A stretch of 64,000 nucleotides of DNA, from the IMG/VR virus record IMGVR_UViG_3300045999_002371, positions 12,312-76,311 of that record. The stretch is one strand, 5' to 3'. Both the position numbers and the translations under genes were made by a program. Source of the stretch: a virus. The notes beneath the pieces were generated by a model. It searched no databases. It worked only from the letters and a program-made list of their open reading frames with translations, and was not told the origin of the DNA. This document shows, piece by piece, positions 9,017-16,532 of the stretch (within the stretch, counting starts at the first letter, position 1; the number at the start of each line of letters is the position of its first letter).

Positions 9017-9550
9017 TTAGTTCCACGTTGGTCTCAAGTAGGCGAGCATCGCCTGACGACGTGCATTGATTTCTCCTGGCTGGTTAGCCTGTGTATTTGC
9101 CTTACCATCGTTAACGAGGTGAGGAGCAGGAGTAAGATGAGTTTGTGGTGCGCTACGAGGAATCATGTATGACACTGCGCCATCTCGATTCACAAGTGTT
9201 GCTTTCATCTGACGGGCGATACCCATGTCAGGGTTAAATTCTTCAGGCCAGTAGTACATGGATGGCTCAATACGCTCACCCTTGTGTACACCACGTTGAT
9301 AGGCTTTCTGGTTAACACGGTTCTTGATGCTATCCAACAAACGGTCATCACGACGTGAGCGGATAGTGCCAAGGTAACCATCTGGGTATTCCGCAGATGG
9401 AACTCTTCCGACACCAATACGGAGTGAATCCATAGTGTCACGGGCTACAGGAGTACCTGCACCACCTTGATTGTTGTATCCAGCAAGACCACCGCCACCT
9501 AGCGACTGCCAGTTCTGCGATGGTGAAAAGTTGTTATATCCGCCAGCCAT
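9017..9550 (-). CDS. hypothetical protein
   Basis: 177-aa ORF, Gly-rich N-terminus, YPDGYLGTI..RR.DRLL block. Confidence 0.7.
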   Translation of the reverse strand: MAGGYNNFSPSQNWQSLGGGGLAGYNNQGGAGTPVARDTMDSLRIGVGRVPSAEYPDGYLGTIRSRRDDRLLDSIKNRVNQKAYQRGVHKGERIEPSMYYWPEEFNPDMGIARQMKATLVNRDGAVSYMIPRSAPQTHLTPAPHLVNDGKANTQANQPGEINARRQAMLAYLRPTWN

Positions 9551-10077
9551 TATCGATTCTTTTCTTTTGGCTTTTTCTTTGTGTTACGAACTGTATCGAA
9601 GGTCTGTACATCGTACATAGCGTCCTCTTTACGTTCTTCCATCTTCTTTGTGGCTTCTTTTTTACTTGTGTAGACACGAGAGGCATCTAGTTGTACACCG
9701 CTCTTTGGATTTTTTGAGTCTACCCATGAGCCGATGTTTACATTCTTATCTTTAGTTCCTAAACGTACTTTTTCTGAGAACTTCGCAACTTCATTTGCGC
9801 TTAACTTAGGGTCTTTACTTCCTGTATTAACCTTCTTTGTGTTAATACGGCGACCCTGTACATCACGCTCTCCACCAACTGCGTAACCAACTGCTGGTTT
9901 TTCATCGGTTGTAACGCCAGTGTGCACGTTCATAGTTAGACCACGCTCTACGCCCTGTGGGTCTACCAATGGCTTTGCATTTGTGCGTGCTGCAAACTCA
10001 ACTGCACTCAACGCAGGGTGAACACCCTCAGGTCGAATGAGTTTTTCAGGTCGAATTGCAGGACGCTTTCTGCTCAC
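9550..10077 (-). CDS. hypothetical basic protein
   Basis: 175-aa ORF coupled to neighbours; GYAV, IGSW, LDAS blocks. Confidence 0.7.
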   Translation of the reverse strand: MSRKRPAIRPEKLIRPEGVHPALSAVEFAARTNAKPLVDPQGVERGLTMNVHTGVTTDEKPAVGYAVGGERDVQGRRINTKKVNTGSKDPKLSANEVAKFSEKVRLGTKDKNVNIGSWVDSKNPKSGVQLDASRVYTSKKEATKKMEERKEDAMYDVQTFDTVRNTKKKPKEKNR

Positions 10078-10316
10078 TGGCTTCTACCTGAACCTTGAGA
10101 TTGAGGAAGAGTAGTTGTGGATGCAGTGTCATCCCAACTAAAGGTTGTTCCTCTAGTTTTAGATGAGTACGCCAAAGGTCCACCCTTACCAATTGACTGA
10201 TTACGCCACGCAGTTGCCTGCGCTGCACTTCCAGTTGTTGCTTTACTTAATGACAGTGGAGGTGTCATATCTGGTTGTACTGGCTTAAACTGACTCGATG
10301 AAATTGAGCCACTCAT
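10074..10316 (-). CDS. small Ser/Thr-rich hypothetical protein (ISSSQF motif)
   Basis: 80-aa ORF in packed run. Confidence 0.6.
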   Translation of the reverse strand: MSGSISSSQFKPVQPDMTPPLSLSKATTGSAAQATAWRNQSIGKGGPLAYSSKTRGTTFSWDDTASTTTLPQSQGSGRSQ

Positions 10317-10317
10317 T

Positions 10318-10734
10318 TTAGTAGGTGCTATCTACGCCGCTGTTAAAGTTAGGTGCTTGTCGTCCCATAACTGAAGGAACAATTCGTGCATTTGCCATCG
10401 TTGCTCCTGCTTCGCTATTGATTGGAGCAGGCATCTTTGCAGTGATGCGGTGTTGTGCACCCTTACGCTCAACGTTCTGACGATTTGCTTTGTTCATGAT
10501 TGTTGGATCGCCAGCCTGTGTGTTCTTCTTAGGCATTAACTTTCCAGCAAGTGGTGTTGCACTTGGTGCAGCAAAAGCACTTGTTGCGCTACCCATGTAT
10601 GCTCGTGCGCCTGTTGCAACGATCTGCTCTGGTGTTGGGTTAGAATTCATTCTCTTACCTACCGATTCATGATGATTTGAAGGTGCGCCCATGCGACGAC
10701 GCATTGCGTGACCCATATCTGTCCAATTGGCCAT
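10318..10734 (-). CDS. hypothetical basic protein
   Basis: 138-aa ORF with AAGGAG RBS; first gene of the small-protein run. Confidence 0.7.
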   Translation of the reverse strand: MANWTDMGHAMRRRMGAPSNHHESVGKRMNSNPTPEQIVATGARAYMGSATSAFAAPSATPLAGKLMPKKNTQAGDPTIMNKANRQNVERKGAQHRITAKMPAPINSEAGATMANARIVPSVMGRQAPNFNSGVDSTY

Positions 10735-10771
10735 TGTGACTCCTTAGTCTTGTTCCAAGGATACGTCTGTT

Positions 10772-11065
10772 TTAGTTGGCTGTAATAGCAAACACAATGG
10801 CGCTGATCTCACCGTCACGAGATTCAATAGTGGTAAATCCTGGAATACAGGATAAATCCATGCCTCGTGGGGCTACGTAGCCTCTGGCGATTGCGATTGC
10901 TTTGACTGCCTGGTTTACCGCTCCTGCACCTACAGCACGAAGTTTTACTTCCTTCTTGTCGTAGATTGCGTGAGCGATTGCTGAGGCAACACTCTGAGGG
11001 TTTGAAGAGGCGCTGACACGTAGGAACGGTTCTTCAGCAGAAATAGGTGAAATTGATTCTGTCAC
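10772..11065 (-). CDS. spoVS: SpoVS (stage V sporulation protein S) family protein
   Basis: LRVSASSNPQSVASAIA...AVGAGAVNQAVKAIAIARGYVAPRGMDLSCIPGF...GEISAIVF closely follows the SpoVS consensus; likely GTG start at 11065 with AAAGGA RBS. Confidence 0.9.
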   Translation of the reverse strand: MTESISPISAEEPFLRVSASSNPQSVASAIAHAIYDKKEVKLRAVGAGAVNQAVKAIAIARGYVAPRGMDLSCIPGFTTIESRDGEISAIVFAITAN

Positions 11066-11119
11066 AGTTATTAGTCCTTTGGTTCGAGTTAGTGTGCCGC
11101 TCCTAACCAAAGGGTAAGG

Positions 11120-11722
11120 CTAAAGTCTTGCTTGGTCTCGGTATTTAGGGTCTTCAATTTGTTTGGCTACTGCCTTCTCGATTTCATCAATCGCAGTTTT
11201 TCCAGCAAGCCTTCCTAGAGCGTAGGCATCTGCAGCATTGTCATCATTGAACTCTATGCCCCACCTCTTGTAGATTTGCATCAACATCTCTTGCTTTTTG
11301 GCGTTTCCTTTACCTGAGGCGTACTTCTTCAATGTCATTGGCGGAACTTTCAATGGGTAGCGACAGTTCTCATCTTCACCAAAGTAATCGTAGATCGCCA
11401 TCTTGACTACCGCAGCCAACTCCCCAAGGACTAGGGCTGAGTGACTAGCAAGGACTGAACCTTCCATGGCAATGTCTGTGATGCCGTGATTCTCGGACAC
11501 ATAATCAAGGGTGTCTATCAACCACTGGCGAATATCTACAAGCCGTTCAATACCAAAATACGGAGACTTGTATACCCATGTGATGTGTTTTTCTGGTTCT
11601 GCAATACTTACTGCAGACAAAGCAAACCCCGTTAACGATTGGTCAATACCAATCGCAACGAGGACTTGCTCATCTGTTAAACCGCCATCAAACAGTTTTG
11701 TTGGCACGGACGGCTCTTTCAT
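11120..11722 (-). CDS. ruvC: RuvC-like Holliday junction resolvase
   Basis: IGIDQSLTGF, IAMEG, LGELAAVVK, LKKYASGKGNAKK, DNAADA. Confidence 0.85.
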   Translation of the reverse strand: MKEPSVPTKLFDGGLTDEQVLVAIGIDQSLTGFALSAVSIAEPEKHITWVYKSPYFGIERLVDIRQWLIDTLDYVSENHGITDIAMEGSVLASHSALVLGELAAVVKMAIYDYFGEDENCRYPLKVPPMTLKKYASGKGNAKKQEMLMQIYKRWGIEFNDDNAADAYALGRLAGKTAIDEIEKAVAKQIEDPKYRDQARL

Positions 11723-11984
11723 CTATGACCATCTCAATGGTCCCAAGATAACCTGCCCCGTCCGTCAAGTTATCTCTCTTGTGCATGTATGACTCTCGTG
11801 CAATCTTTACCCAAGCCATCGCTAGTCCCACTTGTTCTTCAGTAATGTCAATACCGAAAATAACTTCCCAACCCTTTTTAATTCGGTTGAAGTTATCAAG
11901 AGGATGATCGTAAGTGTAGTTACGATCCCCAGTGATTAAACTCTGCGCTTCTTCAAGCACAGTTGGCTTATGGGAGTCGGACAT
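11688..11984 (-). CDS. DUF6378-like all-helical protein (dNTP pyrophosphatase-like superfamily)
   Basis: LEEA..LI.GDR...Y..P..NF.RI...W, V.LAM..VKIAR, DNLTDGAGY; likely start MSDSH at 11984. Confidence 0.7.
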   Translation of the reverse strand: MSDSHKPTVLEEAQSLITGDRNYTYDHPLDNFNRIKKGWEVIFGIDITEEQVGLAMAWVKIARESYMHKRDNLTDGAGYLGTIEMVIDERAVRANKTV

Positions 11985-12867
11985 ATTTTCCTGTCTGGAA
12001 CTCGTTCTTAGTAGCAACAGCCGTTGCCGCCAATGCATTAAAAGTCTCGTCAAAGGTTGCTTTTCTGTTCAGTAACCACCAACCAGCCATCGCTGCAGTT
12101 GCTCCTGATGTACCTGCAGTAAAACGCAAAGTTCCGTCTAATTGCCTTGCATTCCAGCGACCGTTTAAAAAGAAATCAGTCTGCCCTTGTGCGCCATTGC
12201 TGTAACGAGCAATGTATGGAGATGCGTTTGGGTCATACTCAAGAGGCTGTGAACCAGGCCATGGATTGTCTGTTGCTCCAACAGAGACTGTGTCTGTCAA
12301 ACACGCAGGAGCGTGTGTTGCAGTGCGATTACCGTTGTTACCAACAGCAGCAACTACTGGAACATTTACTGCTTTAAGTGCCGCAATGTTTTCAGCCAAT
12401 CCTGCTGGAACCTTACAGTTCGTAAAGATTGCACCTTGAGAGATGCTGACAACTGCAATGTTGTGTTTGACTCGGTTAGCAACAACCCAGTTAAGTGCGT
12501 TTTGCACGTCAGACAATGAATACAGACCTTGGTTACCACGAGAGGTCATACCTACAATACGAATAGGAATAACTTTTGCTGATGGGTTGAACCGAAGAAC
12601 CAAAGAGATCATCTGTGTTCCATGACTAAAGTTTCTGTCTGTTGTTGCTGGAAGATTTGCAGCGCCTGGGCCTTCCATAATCTGTTGACCATTTGGACAC
12701 TTAAATGATGACAGTAAACATACCTCGTAAGAGATACTGTCTTTAAACAACGCTGTGTTTGTTCCGTTATCAATAACAACAACTGCTGGTGGTACCTCTG
12801 CGTGTACTGGTACCGCCGTGGTACCAAGTACCATAATTGATACAAGTAGTGTAAGTAGTTTTTTCAT
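11968..12867 (-). CDS. secreted subtilisin-like serine protease (S8)
   Basis: Signal peptide MKKLLTLLVSIMVLG...VHA; catalytic triad motifs VIDNG, HGTQM, GTSGAT; oxyanion AAVGN. Confidence 0.88.
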   Translation of the reverse strand: MKKLLTLLVSIMVLGTTAVPVHAEVPPAVVVIDNGTNTALFKDSISYEVCLLSSFKCPNGQQIMEGPGAANLPATTDRNFSHGTQMISLVLRFNPSAKVIPIRIVGMTSRGNQGLYSLSDVQNALNWVVANRVKHNIAVVSISQGAIFTNCKVPAGLAENIAALKAVNVPVVAAVGNNGNRTATHAPACLTDTVSVGATDNPWPGSQPLEYDPNASPYIARYSNGAQGQTDFFLNGRWNARQLDGTLRFTAGTSGATAAMAGWWLLNRKATFDETFNALAATAVATKNEFQTGKYVRLP

Positions 12868-13352
12868 GTGTTGAACTTATCCTTTCGTCCCGTTCGTACG
12901 TCGTTAGTTCGACGAGTGATCTCTCTAGATACCAGCGCCACATCCCGTTCAAAGTTGTTGTACACAACCTCTAACATCTTGCGATACGCATAAGCATTCA
13001 TATAACGTTCCTCAACGTCTATGAAGTCTGGATCAGCCATCACCTGAGCCTTCATCATTGTCACTCGTTCACCCTTAACCTTACTGGTGTCTTTCATAAT
13101 CAGCAACTTTGCCTCAAGCATGTCTCGGCGCTTTTCAAGCACCTTCTCGTCTACCTGTGATGCGGCTAACTGTCCCGCTACGAAATTAGACCAGGCTGTC
13201 AGGCGTGTAAACAAGGCGCTGAGTTCATCGCTCTCCAAAAGGGAAATGTCCTTGGGCATAGGTGGCTGCTTGTCCTGCTCAGGCCACAGGTTGATGTTCT
13301 GCGCCTTCATCTTCTCAACAGCCTGCTTTGATCCATCACCTAGGTTTAACAT
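12864..13352 (-). CDS. helical protein, possible UvsY-like recombination mediator
   Basis: Long amphipathic helices ending LVSREITRR; position in recombination module. Confidence 0.4.
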   Translation of the reverse strand: MLNLGDGSKQAVEKMKAQNINLWPEQDKQPPMPKDISLLESDELSALFTRLTAWSNFVAGQLAASQVDEKVLEKRRDMLEAKLLIMKDTSKVKGERVTMMKAQVMADPDFIDVEERYMNAYAYRKMLEVVYNNFERDVALVSREITRRTNDVRTGRKDKFNT

Positions 13353-14197
13353 TATTCCTCAATCTGGTTGCACTGCTTGCAACCGTCTTCGCCTACATTG
13401 CAATCAGGCATAACTCCAGCCTCGACTGCCTTGATGATCTTCTCTGCTTTGAAGAAGATCCTATCCACAACTTCGTAGTCAGCCTTGATCGTGAACTCTT
13501 TGTACGCTTGGTTTGACTTTAACTCGTACAAAAAAACAATCTCTTTAGGCGCTTCAGCACCAAACATACGCTTGGCTAACTCTAAATACATCTGTCCCTG
13601 CAACAAGTGACCTCTGAATGGGCGACGAATGTTCTTCCATGCCTTGTTCAAGTCACCATCTGCATCGTACAAAAGGTCAGGTGCTTCAAAGCGTAATGTT
13701 CCTTCACCAATAGATTTGATCTCAATAAGGAAATCATCACCTAGACCTTTGACCCAGCCATCAGTATGTCCTGCAATACGCAACTCTGGATCAAGCATCT
13801 TGACCTCGTCATAACGCAGTGTGGTGCACTTGCAATGCTGACACTTTGCAGGTGATAGGCCAGAGGTAATTCCTTTGCAGTTCACACACTTGAAGTCTCC
13901 CCAGAGATTGCCCATCTCATAGATGCGGTTCTGCCACTTCTCATGGATGAAGTGACCCTCATCAAAGATGTTCTGCAGTGTCAGTCCTGGGTTCTTCTCC
14001 ATCTTCTTACCACCAGTAAGTAGGTAGTAAGAGTAACGATGACAGAAGTCAGCCTTGATCATTTCAGAAGGGTGAAGCACTGTGGTGCTTCGATCTCCTG
14101 GTGCCTTCTTCATAAGATGACGTTCAATGTGACCAGTAAGACGGGTATCTGTCTTCTTAGTATCTAAATACTTCTGGAAGTCTGTCTTGGAAGGCAT
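13352..14197 (-). CDS. Cas4-like PD-(D/E)xK exonuclease
   Basis: HPSE...C.R, GHTDG, IEIKS, QGQMY, C-terminal C..C..C cluster, internal CxxC pairs. Confidence 0.8.
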   Translation of the reverse strand: MPSKTDFQKYLDTKKTDTRLTGHIERHLMKKAPGDRSTTVLHPSEMIKADFCHRYSYYLLTGGKKMEKNPGLTLQNIFDEGHFIHEKWQNRIYEMGNLWGDFKCVNCKGITSGLSPAKCQHCKCTTLRYDEVKMLDPELRIAGHTDGWVKGLGDDFLIEIKSIGEGTLRFEAPDLLYDADGDLNKAWKNIRRPFRGHLLQGQMYLELAKRMFGAEAPKEIVFLYELKSNQAYKEFTIKADYEVVDRIFFKAEKIIKAVEAGVMPDCNVGEDGCKQCNQIEE

Positions 14198-14538
14198 TAG
14201 TAATCCTTATCTATACTGAAAATAAACTCTTCTAGGGTCTGTGTGGTCTTCTTAGTCTTCTTTAGTTTTTGCCACTTTCGCATTAGGGCGTTTCGTTCTC
14301 GGTGGCTGAGTCCTCCCCAAATTCCATGAGGCTCGTCTCGTCGGACTGCATCCCATAAACACTCTGCTCGTACTGGACAAGGGTTCTTTCCTGTTTCACC
14401 AAAACAAAATGATTTGGCTTTGTTAGCGATCTCTTTGTACTGCTCCTTGTCACGAGGAGGGTAGAAGATATCTGTGTCTTGGCCTGAGCATCGTGCTTTG
14501 TATCTCCATGCGTACTCTGGTTCATCAAAGTCTTCCAT
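14197..14538 (-). CDS. whiB: WhiB-family Fe-S transcription factor
   Basis: W...ARC, D.F(Y)P, AKSFC, CPVRAECL..A, GIWGGLS.RER. Confidence 0.93.
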   Translation of the reverse strand: MEDFDEPEYAWRYKARCSGQDTDIFYPPRDKEQYKEIANKAKSFCFGETGKNPCPVRAECLWDAVRRDEPHGIWGGLSHRERNALMRKWQKLKKTKKTTQTLEEFIFSIDKDY

Positions 14539-14851
14539 GGTTGTCTAGGTTCTCTCTCATCTCTAGGAAGTCGTCTTCAAGAAGGATTACATAGTTCACC
14601 CCATCAAGGTGGAGGCCAAACACTGGCATTCTTCCATCAAGGATTGCTTCGGTAGTTATCTTCTTTAATTCGTCTGATTTAATAGTTTTGGTTTTCTTGC
14701 CTGTCCACTTATGTTCAATCAGTAAATCTGATGATCGTACATCACCCTTACGAGACCAGAAGGCTCCAGAGGCAGCGTTAGTAGACCCACCAACTTTCTT
14801 AGCAAGTCTCTTCTCGTGCTTCTGGGACTGCTTCTGACCTTCAGTCTTCAA
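14525..14851 (-). CDS. small PD-(D/E)xK nuclease (archaeal/phage Holliday-junction resolvase-like)
   Basis: HEKRLAK, SGA....KGDV, LIEHK. Confidence 0.7.
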   Translation of the reverse strand: MKTEGQKQSQKHEKRLAKKVGGSTNAASGAFWSRKGDVRSSDLLIEHKWTGKKTKTIKSDELKKITTEAILDGRMPVFGLHLDGVNYVILLEDDFLEMRENLDNHGRL

Positions 14852-15083
14852 GTTCTATTTTGCCTTCCTCATAACCTTCGATTAATCTTGGTACAAGAAA
14901 GAACAATGCTTCTCTCCAAAAACAGGTACCGCAACCACAGAACGGTTCTCCTGACAAGGTCTCAGGAATTACATCCTCAGTACCATCCCAGACCGCTTCA
15001 AAGAGCATATCGGTGTAATCCTCTACGCCCTTCTCCAGTACCTGCGCCCACTCTTCGTCATTAACTACAAACTTCTTAGTCAT
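14841..15083 (-). CDS. hypothetical protein with FCGCxxC motif
   Basis: Likely start MTKKF at 15083 (GGAGG RBS); FCGCGTC..RE. Confidence 0.65.
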   Translation of the reverse strand: MTKKFVVNDEEWAQVLEKGVEDYTDMLFEAVWDGTEDVIPETLSGEPFCGCGTCFWREALFFLVPRLIEGYEEGKIELED

Positions 15084-16122
15084 CGCTGTCCTCCGCCATT
15101 GGTAGATCTGATGTTTCAAAGACTAACTTCTGAATCTGTTCTTTCAGATCCACTTCTTCACGAATGCTTGAAATTACTGGGTCAATACCTTGCCACTTTC
15201 GCTCACCAAAGTAGTACCAGCCACCCTTACGTTGAATAATCTCCTTAACTACCGCTAGTGATGCAACCTCTTTTGCAAAGTCGTACTCACCTGCTGGACA
15301 ATCTCCACCATCGGCAAAGTAGAAATCAAAGTATGCAACACGCTGTGGTGGTGCAGTCTTGTTCTTTAATGTTCGAACCTTGATGCGTTGACCTACACGA
15401 TTTTTATTGCCGCTAGGTCCAACCTCAATCCACTCGTCTCTGCGGATCTCGCAACGAGTAAAGAATGCATAGTTCTTTCCTTCACCACCAGGAGTGGTAC
15501 GAGGATCACCGTGCATCACACCAATCTTCATGCGGTACTGGTTGATTATGAGACCGAGCACTGGACGTTCATCCTCAACCAGACTGCGCTTGATTGCAGA
15601 ACCAACTACACGAAAGAATTTGTTAGTTAAGAGTGCTCCTCTTCCAACAGTCATTTCATTCATGTCCTTCTCCATTTCGGGGGCTGGTGAAAGGGCAGGA
15701 AGGGAGTCAATAACAATGGCATCTACTGACTTTGATTCTGCGAACTCTATGACGGCTTGATAAGCCTCTTCCATAATGTTTGTTTCAATAACAATTACTC
15801 TGCTGGTATCAACTCCGCACATCTCTGCGTACTCTGGTACCCACTGCTCAGCAGCAACCCAGACAGTCGTGTGGTCTTCTTTTAATGCTTGGTTTGCTGC
15901 GATCGTTTTAAGCGCGACCGCTGTCTTTCCATGCGATGGCTCGCCAATGAGTTCGTTCCATTGATTACCAGGGAAACCACCACCAAGAACATAATCAAGA
16001 GTGGTAGAGCCACTAGTAATGCGAGGGATAAGATCAGACCGAATGTCAGACGCAATAACCACCACATTATTACCAAACTTTTTGTTAAGGGTTGCAACAA
16101 TTTTTCGTGCTTCATCATTCAT
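15076..16122 (-). CDS. recA: RecA-family recombinase
   Basis: TSGS..LD..LGGGFP, Walker A GEPSHGKT, IVIDS, INQYRMKIGVMHGDP.TTPGG, KNKTAPP. Confidence 0.95.
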   Translation of the reverse strand: MNDEARKIVATLNKKFGNNVVVIASDIRSDLIPRITSGSTTLDYVLGGGFPGNQWNELIGEPSHGKTAVALKTIAANQALKEDHTTVWVAAEQWVPEYAEMCGVDTSRVIVIETNIMEEAYQAVIEFAESKSVDAIVIDSLPALSPAPEMEKDMNEMTVGRGALLTNKFFRVVGSAIKRSLVEDERPVLGLIINQYRMKIGVMHGDPRTTPGGEGKNYAFFTRCEIRRDEWIEVGPSGNKNRVGQRIKVRTLKNKTAPPQRVAYFDFYFADGGDCPAGEYDFAKEVASLAVVKEIIQRKGGWYYFGERKWQGIDPVISSIREEVDLKEQIQKLVFETSDLPMAEDSDD

Positions 16123-16532
16123 CCGTCAATTCTCCCAATAATCCCTTGCGGGTTCCAGTTGCTTTGCACATCATTACCGATAGCAGTCTTAGCACTGCCC
16201 TCAACTTTTGCTCCAGTCAGTGCTCCATAACGACTTCCTGATTGACTAATTGGATAGCCACAGTCATAACAGCGTGGTGCAGCATTCTGAACAGACATGT
16301 AATTAGTTCCACCACACTCTGGGCATGATGCTGTCTGTGATGCACTCTGTGCTCGTGATGCAGGTTGCTGTGGTTGCACAGGTTGAAACTGAGTCATCGG
16401 TTGTTGCGAGGGTGGCATAGGGTTATTTACAGGACGAGGTGCTGCAACAGGAACCTGTTGTTGCGGTGCCTGTGGCTGTGCACCTAGTTGCTTTGCCCAC
16501 CAGTCTGCATTACTCACTTTGCTTCTCCCCAC
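16119..16532 (-). CDS. Pro/Gln-rich protein with zinc ribbon
   Basis: CPECG.TNY...RCYDCGYP. Confidence 0.7.
   Translation of the reverse strand: MGRSKVSNADWWAKQLGAQPQAPQQQVPVAAPRPVNNPMPPSQQPMTQFQPVQPQQPASRAQSASQTASCPECGGTNYMSVQNAAPRCYDCGYPISQSGSRYGALTGAKVEGSAKTAIGNDVQSNWNPQGIIGRIDG

Noticed and set aside
9550-10077. Possible SAM-lyase-like anti-restriction protein
   Set aside because: Only a vague resemblance (G.W...LD.S...A) without the recognisable catalytic residues; cannot be supported without a profile search.
13352-14197. CRISPR-Cas system suggested by the Cas4-like gene
   Set aside because: No other cas genes and no repeat-spacer array in the window; stand-alone Cas4-like nucleases are common in phage recombination modules.
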